DNA of 64,000 bases from Takakia lepidozioides (Eukaryota > Plantae > Bryophyta): contig CM060732.1 of the NCBI GenBank assembly GCA_030704615.1, positions 63,426,001 to 63,490,000 of the forward strand. Direction: 5' to 3'. The stretch's first letter is position 1. Every line of letters starts with the position of its first letter. The notes under the pieces were generated by a model, which saw only the letters and a list, made by a program, of their open reading frames with translations, ran no database searches and was not told where the DNA came from. Of the stretch, positions 24,916 through 38,230 are shown one piece after another. The translations under genes and the position numbers were made by a program.

Positions 24916-25668
24916 ACTCACATTTTCTTTCTGTACTTGAACCTATTGCTTCCAAACAATCCGAAACGGAAATCTCTAGGCTCTCCCTTTCTCCTCGCGC
25001 AGCCGCCACTCTAACAAGACACCTAGACTCACTCACTCACTCCTTGAGACCGACTCGAAAATGCTCCTCGGTCGTGACTCGTGACGGCCCCTCCATCTTC
25101 TACCTCCACATGTACAATTCACTCATTACAAGCACAATCTCATAAATTTCTTTCCATTACTCCCCCCCCCCGTACTCCCGTTAACGAAAACAAAACGGCT
25201 AATATCACGGATATGTACAGAAATCTCGCAGCACGGTTCAGGAGAAGACGAGAAGCTAGGTGGAGGGAGCAAGGTGATGACGGGACAAGAGAAAGAAAGA
25301 GGACTAGACTGCACGAGGCTGCAGGAACTGCCTGCGGTAGCAACCGACAACTGCAGGCTCCTGCGCAGAGCATCCCCACCCCCACACACGCGGCACCTAC
25401 CTACCTACCTACCTACCTCCCTGTCATCGCTCCAACACGCCGCACACCCTCGCGAGTCGCTACCTACCTCCCTGCGTTTGAGTGGCCCGACCGGCCCACG
25501 CTTTCCCGCCCGCCAACGTTCGCAAGCCACCGTGGCAGCCCTGCAGGCCCCACACGCCCGGGCCCCGTCATGTGTCTCATGGTATACGGTAATACGATGC
25601 GGCCGCCCTGACCGTACGCCCTGTTAAGCTAACCAAAGAGTTACTTAAGAGTTCTCACAGTTAAGGTT

Positions 25669-25846
25669 AGCCAGTGGTTAGCTCAGTGGGAAAGTGTAGG
25701 TGATTTTGGGTTCGAATCCTGCTACGTTGTCGGATGTGGTATAATCGTATAATCTTCTTCCCCTTCCCTGGGGCGGTGATTAAGGGGCCTGTTTTTTTGA
25801 TTGGTTGCTCCCGAGTGTTTCCCTTTCCAAAAAAGGAATAATAAAA
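25669..25846 (+). mobile_element. tRNA-derived SINE (degenerate)
   Basis: Box A TAGCTCAGTGG (25679-25689) and box B GGTTCGAATCC (25709-25719). No intact cloverleaf. The 3' body AGGGGCCTG...GCTCCC...TTTCC is shared with 45581-45795. A-rich tail. Confidence 0.7.
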
Positions 25847-27816
25847 GCTAGGCTACGCCCATCCACAGTGTAGCTAAGTGTAAGCAATGAGCTGATGTGG
25901 CAGCTAGATTTACCTGTCTGCAGCTATGCTACGTGGCAGGTAACTTTCCATGTCAACAACTAATTTAAGGGTTGAATGAAGTTAAGTGCTCACTTAACTT
26001 AACAGCTGTGAAAGGCTCACTCTTGGGGAGTTGGAACACTTGCTTCCCCTTAGTGATAAATCCAACCGGTCAAATTTCCTAGCTAAATTTCCTAAAATTT
26101 CAATTGTCACTCGGAAATTCCTCGGACCCAGCATGTAACTGGCTGCCAATTCTCCCCGTTCGTTGGGGTTACTCTATAAACTAGATAGGTATCCCGTTAA
26201 TACTACTGACATGTATATGTTTTCCATGTCTTCCATATTGGGTAGGGTAATATTTGGGGGTATTAGCCGTGGGCGAGTCCAGTTATGTACAGATCCACTT
26301 ACTTGGATACACCCCCAGGGGTTATCAGGTTAGAACATAGACATAGACCGCAAAACAGTGAACGCAACGATATGCAATGCAATGATAAACTGCAATGTTT
26401 GAGAGTATTTAGAGTACTATCAATATCACAAAAGTTATTGCTGCAAACATCAAATGGCTCCAATTATGTCATCCACCAACCACCTTAATTAACTAGGAGC
26501 AACTTCATGTATTGTCTACTACCAGCTTTCGGATGTGGTCTTAAATATCAATGGGATGAAACGTCCCTTTAGTGTGTAGGTTGGTTGTTGCCATACTCCC
26601 ATTTTAGCTTTGATGTGGTCCTGCAGCTCCCTCCAAGGCCCTACAACAAGCTCCCATGCTGCTTTCAGCCTTCCATGTGGGTCCTGAGAAAGGAGACACC
26701 GGTTTGCTACTCGTGAGTGACAAAGACCCATGTTGCTTTCATCCTCCCATGCTGGTCTTGTGAAAGGAGTGGCGGGTTTGCAACTCTTGAGCGAAAGTGA
26801 CACCGCCGGCACTAATGTAAAAGTCCCCAAAGGTCATGATAATCTTACATCCTAAATACAAGTTTGGAATTCACACACTCACGCCGCCCATGCCGCGCAC
26901 ATGAGTCCGTTTTCTTTGTTTTCCCTCTTTCGGGGAAAGGGGAAAACACAAAAGACCCCCTAATCACCGTTTTCGGATTAGAAACAGCAGAGGGCAAAAA
27001 TTAAAACCCTCAGACTCAAAAGACCCATAACACACAAGAGGCCGGTAGGTTTGTCTATCAAGAGTACATTGTCTTCTTTTCTTCTTTAATTTTTCCTTAA
27101 CAGCCTTGACACACTGAGGCGATGGAAATTGGAATGACTCGTCAAAGTATATAATAGTAAAAACAAAAAAATAAAAAGTAACGGAGCCTATTTACGCATG
27201 AACACCTAATGTCGTGGAGTACAACCTATTATCATACCGTGGATTTGTGCATTGAAGGCAGGCATGGGAACCCCAATAAATGCCAAGTAGTTATTAGCAA
27301 GGAGCGACAAAGATTGACTGGGTAGCCTTCGCTTGTTGCTTCTTGGTCGATGAGTCATGACCCCGACCAACGCTTTGCATTCACGCTTGACGTGCCGCCG
27401 ACATGTTTCACGAGAGCAAGCAAGGGGTCCTGCCTGCCAAACCGCTCCCATCTCAGACCTAAGAAAGTTACTGACAGGAGGCGTCATCTCTTTCGTGCGT
27501 TGCGCTGGAGGCTGTCATACGTGGAGGGGGACCTCTAATCATCAGTCTTGTCATGTTTGAATACCTAGCCTTTCATTTTAGATTCCTAAAAGGTCTGCAT
27601 GGCGCAAGAGTGAGCCTGGCTCGTATGGGTGATGTGGTTATGTAAGTATAGGGGAAGGGCAGCTGTGATAAGGCCTTTCCACCGTTCCAGAACGAGTTCA
27701 CTACGTTCGAAAACAGGTGAAAGGGCCTCATCAGCTGCTCTTCACCGGCGTGACAGAAAACCAACGGGTGAGTCCCTTCATGGGCCCCGCAAAATCGTCA
27801 CCTTACCAATTTCGTA

Positions 27817-27974
27817 ATGCCCTAGGGGATTAAAAATAATTGGATCTTCCTCATTTTAACCCCTTGAGCTGGGGAGCCTTTTGGTAAAAATTTGAAAAAC
27901 GATGCTTTGAGGTGGAAATGGTGGGGCTGCCATTCATCATACAGGATTAAATTATATTTAATCCCCTAGGGCAT
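27817..27974. repeat. 158-bp element with 25-bp terminal inverted repeats (MITE-like)
   Basis: ATGCCCTAGGGGATTAAAAATAATT versus AATTATATTTAATCCCCTAGGGCAT (24/25 complementary). No TSD found. Confidence 0.7.
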
Positions 27975-27984
27975 CTCGAGGGGC

Positions 27985-28440
27985 AGATGCGGTGACGACA
28001 ATTGATAATCAAAATTGGCTTTCTGTGCATGCATATGTAGTGCAGGACTGGAAAATGGTTTGTATTTTGCTCACCCTTGAGCTAGTGGTGGAAGGGGGAA
28101 ATGCAGATAATTTGAAGTATGTGATCGGTGCTTTGTTGAACTATGGTGGCCTAACAGAAGGAGCAGGTTCTCCTACGAGGAGCTGGTGGAGTTTCAGTAT
28201 TCCAAGCCATAAGGGCAGTAGTCACAGTGCAACTCAAAGATCAGCAATCCCCTCACATGACTGCATTCATTGCATGGCACACCATACCAACTTGGCTCTT
28301 CATGGGTACCATATTTGGCCATGGTATCCAAGTTGGAGGCTCTCTTGCACGCCTTGTATGGGTATTTTCCTAACTCCCCAAAACCTTATTTGGAATTTAC
28401 TAAACTTGCTGTGAGGTCGTTGAAACAAAGAGTTGCATGT
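27985..28440 (+). mobile_element. hAT-family transposase relic
   Basis: VTTIDNQNWLSVHAYVV...LELVVEGGNADNL; IHCMAHHTNLA (hAT CxxH motif); LEALLHALYGYFPNSPK...EFTKLA. Frameshifted. Confidence 0.8.
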
Positions 28441-28796
28441 CACCCTATGTTGCAGTGGGCAAAGTCTATATGATCAATTCCTCCGTATGGTACTTTGAAG
28501 ATTGGAGTTTCTGTCAACTGTTTTTGTGCTGTCATTCCTGTATTTCAATGGGTATTTGTGCATGATCAGGTGCTGATACGCCAATAATGCACCAATACTT
28601 CAATTTTAGCCTGCACGAGTTAGTAGATGTGGATTTCCATTCGCCACTTTGTGTTTACAAGCAAATGGATGACCACACAATCCAGCCACCATATTCAGGA
28701 TCCGTAGCCACGCTTTTCAAGAACAAATACATTATTATAGCCACACGCAGTGAACCTTTTCCTCCCAAGATGCCAATCGTGCCTCATTTAGAAATT

Positions 28797-28986
28797 AGAA
28801 TTCATGAAAAAAATCCCTGAAATAGCTTAGACTTCAGTGTCAAAATCTAGGTGGCTTTGATGCGGTCATGGTTCAATGAACCTAGTCAGATTTAGAGTTC
28901 AAGAAAGAATCCCTGGAATAGCTTAGCCTTCAGTGTCAAAATCTTGGTTGCTTTGATGCAGCACGGTTCAATGAACCTAGTCAGAT
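28797..28986. repeat. ~95-bp imperfect tandem duplication (2 units)
   Basis: AATCCCTG(A/G)AATAGCTTAG..TTCAGTGTCAAAATCT...GGTTCAATGAACCTAGTCAGAT occurs twice, head to tail. Confidence 0.9.
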
Positions 28987-31603
28987 GAGAGTAACTCTAC
29001 AGCAAACTGTTGTTGAACAAGGGGCTCCCACACAAGAGGCTATGTACTTGCTCTTTCCTAGGGTGATTTTGGGTTGTTGTTTTATACTTTTTCCACGGTT
29101 TCATGAATCATGCCCATCAACCCTCCAAAGGCTAGGCTTAATGGATAAGCCTAGTTCTCCCCTTAGGCAAGATGTCTCCACAATGCCTCTATCCCTTGCG
29201 GGACGGAGCCAACAAATTGCATGTGTGAGTCACTCCTAACTTGTGGCTTGCTTTGTAAGCTCTCAAGGTTATTTTTTCCTTACACCTTCAACTTCAAGGG
29301 CCTCTACCCCCTTTTCAAAAAAAAAATGCAAGTTGCATATGTTAACCCCTCAAGGAAGAGAGGTGTTTTTGGGTTTGTGGACAATTCCGGGACCCACCCT
29401 CACACGTCAGCGGCTACCTGTCCACCAACGTTCATCCAATTGGATGAACCGTACAAACTGCTTCCTACCTACCAGATGCACAAGCCCTCCAAATGGGGAA
29501 ATTCTATCGTGTAGTTTGGGAGATTATAACATTTGAAGACGGTGCATTTTTTTTTAAATGGAAGAAACAAAGAAAAAGTTCATGTTTGACCAAGCAAATT
29601 ATCCATGATCCCAAATTTTCCTGGGAGAAAAAGTGCTATATTCCTGTGAAGTGCACAATCCCAAACCCTCACACCAAATTTCACCCCAATCTGCCAAAAT
29701 GAAAGGGGGGGTGCTTTGTATGTGACTGGAATGGGGGTCCAAAAAGAGAATTTGCAAAGGAAATGGTATAGGCCCCATTGGGACCCCAAATTCTCCTTCA
29801 TTTGGGAATTCCAACGGTCAGTCCCTCATAGACCAAGAACTACACAAGCCTGCCCAAGAATTTCCCAAAAATTCCCTAAATTGCATTTGGGATGTGGGAT
29901 TTTGTGAAATTTCCGGCCTCCTTCACGTGAGGCAATCAGTGGCCGGAATGTCGCCTCAATCCGGCGAAGTTTTCCGGGCCACGTCGAGGTTCCCCATTAT
30001 TTGCCAGGGCCAGCTCATTCGAGCCGTCCCCTTGTTCGTCGGCTTTTAGGGGAGGGCCTCACAAGCCCCCTTACTCCAACCCTTGCATTACCCCTGCCGC
30101 AAAATCCCACCCGCGTGGCCGCTGCCACCTGCCACGTTGACGGTCAACTGCAGTGCCCCCTCCACCCAAAATCCTGCAATTTCCAAACTTCAAGAAATTC
30201 CTGACGGCGAAGTTTTTCTCTGTTGGGGGCGCCATAAAGACCTACATGTGCAGCTCGTTCCGCACTACATTTGGCACCCAATACATTGACAGTTGTGGCC
30301 TGATGATAACTTATAAAACATTCCTGCCATCCCAACATCCTATACAGGAGTAAGATCTGGTGGTGATGTAATACAACCTCTTATCCAAACACTGTCCAGA
30401 GATTCCTTCTCAGCTTGTATGTGTCTGCCAAGTTGGTGGAGATGGGTAGTCACAATTTCCTTATTAATAGTGATGCATGTGTTTATCAGTCAGTGAGGTG
30501 AGCCAGGGTTCACACTTTAATGGGCACTTGAACTTCTTTGAGCTAAAACTTAAATTGTCATTACATGATCTGAAAAACTAGTTTATGAAAAAAATGCAAA
30601 GCAAACTTTTCTGTACACCTAGTTGTCAGGTGATTGTCACAATCAAACGTAGAGAGTCGAGGACCACAAAAGCTCTGGCACAATCTACTTGGCACATTCT
30701 GAGAAGATAGTTTAGTTGTGGTGATGATGGTCCGTAGTCCTTTGCTGGGCAAAGGACAGACAGACTGGGGCTCAGATATCAAAAAAACAGCAAGGATCCC
30801 AGAAAGCAGCCCAACAATTCCATTGAACAAGGCACGTCATGCATGTGGATACTTAGTTGAAGGGGGACATTGCAGGCAGGCAGGCCCGTGCCAGGGAGCT
30901 GCTGTTGACCAAGCGAGCATCTGCTATTATAAGTTCCACAATTGAGTAGAGGAGGTGAGGGCAAGACTGGTCATAATGCTGGTGTGCTCAACTTTAAAGG
31001 GAACTACTCATCGATTGTCACATCTTGAGCTGGATATGAGATTTTGCGAGGTTGGCAACAAGATTTTTTACTTTGAGCACAAAGAAGGGATCATCTCAGA
31101 CCCACCCCACAAGGAGCCATTTCCATGAAGCAGGAATCTACCCACCCACTCTATCTACATGTAGATAATTTACTTTCACCCATGTAAGGACAAGAAGGTA
31201 GGCTTGCCACGAGTCTTGTTCTGGGAGTCTCCAGCTATCAGAAAATTTGTGCATCATACCATCCAACTAGTTTCAGGAAACACTTGAAAGACTGTATGTT
31301 AGAATGTTTCGCACTGAAGTGCATGCATCACCATGGACAACCCATCAAGTCTGGATGGTAATGTGAGGGTGAACGCACCCATAAGTTCCCAGGGAGCACC
31401 GCAAATATGTGTGCCCTTAAGAGAAAAATTATGATCAATTGGATACAGCTTGGTCCTCATAAATGTGATCAATGTGCAGGCGAGTGCACTTGGTGCATCA
31501 CCTACATGTGCAAGAAAAGCAGCCAACTCCCAATACTGACTGTACCTTGCCTCTAGGTGAAAATGCCCACAGCGAAACCGGCTGGAGAAAAGTAAATGCT
31601 ATG

Positions 31604-34600
31604 CTAGAGTTCCCCATCACTGACATTTTGTGAAGTCTCCACTGTCACAGCCTGCTCTACAGCTTCTTTCCTGTATGAAAGGCAATGGCAAATTTGTCAC
31701 ACGGAATTCTTCATAATTTGTGCCCAAATAATACCACCATGGGAAAAACAGAAAACACCTTCGATACCCCCTCTAGTTTGCGAGTTTAGGTTTCATCCCA
31801 AGCTCTCCATCTCCAAACAACCGAGTACAGGGGTCAGCCATCTCATGCAATGACTGGAAGATCCACAAAGCTGCCTTTATTTACAAAGGTGAGTCACTCT
31901 GTTAGAAGCAGCCTTGTGTGAATGCTGTGGCTCCCTTCCTCTTCCCCCTCCCAATTTCTGTCCGAATCCACATATTCACAAGGCCAGCACCGCACTGTCT
32001 AGTGAGAATATATGTCACAATTTGACCTCACAACACAAACTCAAGGGTTCTTGGAAATACATACGACAACTTCTTGCAGTTTTTACTGAGCTCTTGGCAC
32101 AAGACTCGCTCCACATCACCTGCTTGGATGTCCCCATTTCGGATCTTGTCTGTTAACTGTATCATGCCCAAGTGTAGCCCCACCATATTATTTCCATTAA
32201 CCAACTACTACCTCCTGAACTGCTCAATGCTTAGGCACAAGGACACGGGCTATCTTTCTCCACAGCCATCTAAGTCAAGTCACAACTTTGTTGAGGTGTG
32301 GGAGACTATGCCACTGCTGAACTGTAACGTAAACGTAGCCCTTAATCGACACATTTCTGCAACAAATAGCCTGGGGTGGTGTACCAACCAAAGTTCACAA
32401 GTTTCAGATCCTGCTAGGGGGAATCCCCCTGCAGGGTCAGTATCATACAGTTCATGTGCCTCATGCTCCCAGGACATAATGGGTATACTTTTTTACTCCT
32501 ACAGAGTACCTCTGTCTCACTGCTTGTCTTGTTAATCCAGTCAGCTATTACATCACCACAAGGAGAGACGTATCTTTAGCATCCCAAGCAAATATCCCAA
32601 GCAAATAGAGATCATCTCACATATATGATAGGGATCGGACTATGTAGGACCCATAGTGGTATGGAGTTAAGGAAGCTACCTCCTCTTCAGTTGTCTCGAG
32701 TAACCTGGCACGATCCCCAAAGGTCATGTCAGCAACAGTATTTCATGGTCGACTGCCAATAAAATGAAACAGAGCAACATTGCTCAAGAGGGGCTTTGTC
32801 CAGCACTAAAGTGAACTACAGACTCAATCCAGAGTAAACAGAGCATTACAAAGCTTTCATTCAACATGAACATATGCCCGAATAAACTTTGGGTCCAAAG
32901 CCAGGGCTGGCACAACATTCAGGCAGGCTCTCCTTACATGAGGCTTGCTTTCCAAAGAGAGCACTAAAGGCTTGAGTACTTGTCTGTAAGAGTATTTCAT
33001 ACCAGGAATCTGTAGCATTGACAAAATTGCTCTATTGGAGCTCCCTTACAGACTTGTTTCGAAGGAGGGGGTACACGAGGTGTGGGAGGAATCTCCCGAG
33101 TGCTCTCTTGGAAAGGAAGCCTGATGACGTTGCCCTCTTGAAGCTCCTCATGTGGTTGTCATGAGAGAAGGGATATAATATAGCTGAATTTGCTAATGCC
33201 CCACATGTTGCGGTGGAAATTTCCCTTACATTAGAGTGGTAACATAATATGGTGTCCCACTGTGGAGGGGGAGATGTCTACTTTGCATGGGAGGATCCCC
33301 AGGGCACCCTTTGGGTACTATGTCATGTTACCAAGATTGGAGCATTGTGTCACATCTGTGGCTTTACCATGTCACCACTCATCTTCAAGCCATAGGTTTT
33401 CCCTTGAGAAGAAGGTCCACCAATTTAATAGCAGGAGGCTAACTTTATGCCACTGTCACTCCTTGGGCCCTGAATGCAGCCCAGAACAAAATCTGTCTGT
33501 CTCTCTCTTCCAGCAGCCCCTCCAACCCAATCTGCTGTTGAAACTGGACACTTGATTTTATAGCTAAGAGGCTACAGAAAGCACCACATACTAATCACTA
33601 CTCTCTCTGAGCTGTCCCTAGAAAGGCAAAAGAAACAGATAAGCGATGCAAGGTATCTTGATAGACTGGCAGTTGTGAGATTACAGATCCAGTCCTCACC
33701 CCCTCCCTTTCTTCCCAAAACTAGCTTCCCAAACCATCATGGCCATAGGATTTCAAAGAGACTTGACTACTCACCTACCACAAAACTCAATGATAGCTTT
33801 GGAATGTGTTTCAGCTTCCTGCCTATCTGCAGTACACACAATACCCACCGTCTGTCACCTTACACCCGTCAAACGAACACAGGACAACACAATACAACAC
33901 AAGACATGAGACTGGACTTTTTATGAAAGAAGCAACCCAGGACAACTAGAGATACATGTTCACCCACACATGTCTGCCTCAAGGCCAGTTTGACATCGGA
34001 TGAATACCTACCACCCACGGCCTATACCAGGACAAAGGAGGTTCAGACCAGTGTTGCGCGGATATCTGATTCAGCCTCAAACCCCAAAGGAGCCCAACCC
34101 AGATATATATATGTGGATCTGCCGGAGGTCAAAAAATCAACTTTCCGCCTTCGTTAAGAACCGCCGGATATGAAGATAGGGGATAACCGGATCCGGTTGA
34201 GAACCGGCGGTTTTGTTTGTTTTTTTTATTTGATTTGAACCGGAACTAGTGGTCTTATGAACCCATATATCCGGCATTTAAAACCAGAGGTTATAATCAG
34301 GATAATAGCCGGTGAGGCGGGTCATAGTTGTGGGCTGGCCCTGTCTTCATTTGAACGCGCATATTTATAACCATTTAGGCTGAGATTTGAATGGACACTT
34401 GCATTTTCTGCATTATCTACAATAGAAATCTCCTAAGAGCACTCTTCTATGTTCTACCCTAATAAGTGTAACTATTTTTTTATTAGTATCTTTAATACAT
34501 TAGATTTTTAAGTTTGGGTTATTTTATTTTATTAAAATAAACTTCGATTTGTTTGATGACCGTATACTGAACCGCCAGAGGCCATCATGACAGAAACTCC

Positions 34601-35823
34601 ATTTGTCCATAACCGCATAGGGTTAAATTTTGTATTTGTTGCGAACCGGTAGGATATCAGAAACAGGAAAGCTCCAAAACCCCGGAACCGGAGGATGTGA
34701 ACACAAAGTTAAAGTTAAACATCCGTAACCGGCTGATATAAAAAGAATAAAATAACCGCACAACACGGGTTCAGACCTGCAGAGGAAAACTGGGCAGAAA
34801 CTGATCCTATTTCCAGGCATGAGTCACCTGAGCAGGGTATTGCATGGCTACAGATCACCCTTTCAATACAGCAGCTGGTTAAAAGTCTCAAGAGTAGACT
34901 TCAGACACAAAAAGGTAGAGGGAGTACGTGATCTGATGTTTGGTAACTCTGGTAGGCTTGTTTGAGCCTTCAACCATAGCTCCTTTCCAGGGCTTATCTG
35001 CATCATACACCCGCATCAACCCAGTATGGTCTTACCATATTTTCACACAATTTGAAACGATCACGGTACACAAAAATTCATTACACAGTGCAATAGAGCC
35101 CACCCCCAAAAGGGGCCCGTGCCCGCAAGGGGAAGTGGCTCTTGTTTACGCTAACTTCGGTTGGTGTCATATATATACAGTGCAATTGGAGGTAAAGACT
35201 TACAAAATGAGCTTAGGACTAACATCCTTCAAATCAAGTCTAAATGGATACGACAGTAAGTCGAATTAATCGTAATAACTTGTGTCTATGGAAGAATGAT
35301 ACCATGATCTCCATAGAGCAACAGATTGTGATTAAAGATGCAGTAGCTTCATGTCAATGTCTACACACATGCATGCTTTAATCCAGTGGATCAAGCTCTC
35401 AGGGATTGCCTAGCTGCATTGGGAGAAAAGAGAAATAGACATTCCCAATAGACAGCTTGTCTGCAAACTGTAAGCACACTATGATCCTTATATAGACAAC
35501 AATATTAACTGAACTTAAAATGCAATTTTGGGGGACAAGCCAGTGGTCGCATGGCAAAGAGAAATTACCCTATTAAGAATGTACTCCTTCATCTTTGTGC
35601 ATAGCCCATCTAAGAGCTCCACCACCCTCAGCTCACTGACTCTGGCAGGCATGCACGCATTGTCTACACACCAGTGAAAACCACTTCAAGTTGGATAAGA
35701 TGCATCACGACTTCCAATGACTAAACAGTCCTTGGCACTGACTGCCAGGGGGCACCTGAGGCATGGATCAGGGGGTTTACTGATGATCGACTGAAGGTTG
35801 GCATGTACACGTTGAAAATGGTG

Positions 35824-35862
<39 letters not shown>

Positions 35863-36488
35863 AACAATCAAATCACACATGGGCCAATCACAAACACATT
35901 GATGCTTGTGTAACGGGATTTCTAGAAGATATCTGGAAAACTCGGATCAATTGTCTGTTCCAAGGTAAGTCATACTACCGGAGTCAGCCCCTGACAAAGG
36001 TAGTTTCTGTCCCTTCGTGTTCCGCTCAAACTGGGCGCAGGGTCAATGGTCACAAGGCTACGGCAAACAACGTCTTATGAGTACATTCTCCAACCATCAA
36101 GGTAAGTCACATCAGCCCCTAACAAAGGTAGTTTCTGTCCCTTTGTGTTCTGCTCAAACTGGGCGCGGGGTCAATGGCCACAAGGCTACAGCAAACAATG
36201 CCTTACACACACTCTCTAACCAACAAATTAGGCATAAAACTTGCCTGAACTTGTGTCCAGTCTGCGTGGACCTTAAGGATGACGTAAAGGGACTACCTAC
36301 CCTCGGCACTAGACAGAAATTTAACCTCAGGCCGGGGAGTCAACCAGATGCAGAGAGGAAAGGGAGATTGTCAATGACCAATGTGCGGGGACAACCAGGG
36401 TATCCTTATCAGCGAGAGATGTCAGACATCCAACGAAATCAAACAAATTGTGTATATCAAGGTAAGTCCCAGTACTGGAGTGGGACCC

Positions 36489-36521
<33 letters not shown>

Positions 36522-37718
36522 AACTTGAGAACAACAACCACAGAAAGCTCAGAGAGCTTATGAGAGCTTAAAGACAGAATAAATTATTACGTCACGCAGA
36601 GTGGGAGAGAGACTAAGTGAGGAGGAGGGATGTAAGTCACTATCATACACTTCGAGCCAAATTATTAGAGGAAAAGAATGGGACAGGGGAGATGCAAGTG
36701 ACTAGGATATACTTGTAATCAATTAATTTGCCTTCACGTTGACCCCTGGAGTCAAGCCGATGCCGCATGTCCAAGTGGTTTCTTGGCCTCTCCTGAATTA
36801 CACCACATTGGGTCAATCGCAAGGACTTGATGCATCAAATTTCTTTTCATTTTCTCTTTACCTGGAGACACTGCCACGATTCTCACTCCCGTGAACACAA
36901 ATCCGGTTGCTAAGATTGTGTCTGTAGCATTCGCCTGAACACAGATGTGAATAATGTGGCCATTTTTGGACTGACACCCACCAAACCATGGAGAGACAGA
37001 GAGCGCTGACACACACAGGAAACCCAAAGAGACTGTGCTCACAATCTTTAATATACATCCAACTTAATTCAGAAAATGGAGCACAGTTGAGCAAAGTAGA
37101 TATACTCATGAGATGTTGCTTACATTGGCAAGCCCGATTTCCAGCTCCCCCTGCACATAACCGATCTTCAATCCTTCACTGATGTTTGGCAAATGAAAAT
37201 CTCTATTAAGAATAGCTCTGCCAATCCTTTTGTGTCCAAAGAGTGTTCTCCGTGTTTAGGGCAATCTCAAAATACCCCGTACACCAGCAATCGGCTTCAC
37301 AGCACCTTCCGAATAAAAGCGACTACACTTACGAGTCTTCTTCGAAATATCACATCTTAGTCACCTGTCACTGATGGAGCAGCTCTAAAAACCGAACCTG
37401 CAGCTACTCCACTTACCACAAACCACAAAACCAAGTGTACTTACGCCTCTATCAGAACTAACTGACGGGTGCACGCACCCACAGGGATACGCCTGCACAA
37501 TTTGTCCACAGATCGTGTTGTCCAACGGTGACTGTTATCCCCAAATTTGCTACAATGTGTGGGTATATGCATGTTTGAGAGAGAGGGACAAAGAGACGCA
37601 CAGCAACGGCCTGGCAGGCAGAGCATTTGTTGAAAGCAACGCAAACTGCCGGGGGCGTCCACAGCTGCAGAAGAAGCAGCAGCACACACCATGCCAGCCT
37701 CCCGCATCTACCCTCCAT
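31604..37718 (-). CDS. Canopy-like (CNPY/MSAP, saposin-like) ER protein, ~200 aa, 9 exons
   Basis: Exons 37718-37602, 37150-37124, 36792-36713, 35641-35569, 34997-34928, 33826-33775, 32704-32680, 32156-32065, 31670-31604. Signal peptide, KCSACQAVAGELE, ERPRNHLDMRHRLDSRGQREGKLIDY, SELRVVELLDGLC, FCGRLLE, LCQELSKNC, C-terminal DGEL. Confidence 0.9.
34049..34768. mobile_element. Non-autonomous hAT element (720 bp) in a CNPY intron
   Basis: Perfect 8-bp TSD GTTCAGAC (34041-34048, 34769-34776). TIRs CAGTGTTGCGCGG / CCGCACAACACGG. CCGG-rich subterminal repeats. Confidence 0.9.
35095..35176 (+). mobile_element. 82-bp retroposed 3'-end fragment with (TA)n tail
   Basis: Flanked by the direct repeat ACAGTGCAAT (35085-35094, 35177-35186). 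Homologous to 41291-41350 (-) and 41830-41884 (+). Confidence 0.65.
35880..36490 (+). mobile_element. Scrambled array of LINE 3' fragments between (CT)n and (GA)n microsatellites
   Basis: Same family as the dioxygenase intron copies (GRGVNGHKATANN; the 3' end occurs twice). Microsatellites at 35827-35859 and 36490-36516. Confidence 0.8.
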
Positions 37719-38180
37719 GACGTGCCTCTCGTGCCTCCCCGTCAGGTGCCCCGTGACTGCTCTCGAGCCCAAATCTCTGTCTGTGTGTCTCTCTCTCTCC
37801 CTCTCTGCTGTAGCTTCTCTTGTTGTTGGATTAGGGTTCAGACTACAGACTTGGAACAAGCAAAGAAACAGTGTTTATGCGAGCGCGTGGATGAATGTAA
37901 CAGAGAACCTTGTTTGAGGCCCACAAACGGACACTGTTCCCCATCGATAAATCCCGTGTGAAAAACATAAACAGATGAAAAACAATCAGGGATTCAAACA
38001 ATGCAAGAATTTTCTTATGATATTTGAGGCCCTGAGAGTCTGGCGTGACTTGGAGATCAGACTTGAGTCTGAGGCAAGGAGTATACATTTGGTTTCATAT
38101 TGAAGAAGAGAGATTATCTCGTGATACAAGAAAGACAGAGACAGAATCTTTGTGGTTACGCATGCTGAAGTCTCTGGTAG

Positions 38181-38185
<5 letters not shown>

Positions 38186-38227
<42 letters not shown>
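38186..38227. repeat. (GA)n microsatellite
   Basis: Read directly from the sequence. Confidence 0.95.

Positions 38228-38230
<3 letters not shown>

Noticed and set aside
25081-25627. Long overlapping ORFs (176 aa, 117 aa) upstream of STY
   Set aside because: GC-rich promoter/5' UTR with low-complexity translations and no domain signatures.
25669-25725. tRNA gene
   Set aside because: A and B boxes are present, but the anticodon arm and acceptor stem are missing. It is better explained as a SINE head.
29340-30330. piggyBac-like element (TTAACCCCT start; a similar start occurs at ~42937)
   Set aside because: No matching opposite terminus, TSD or transposase. Left as unclassified TE-like sequence.
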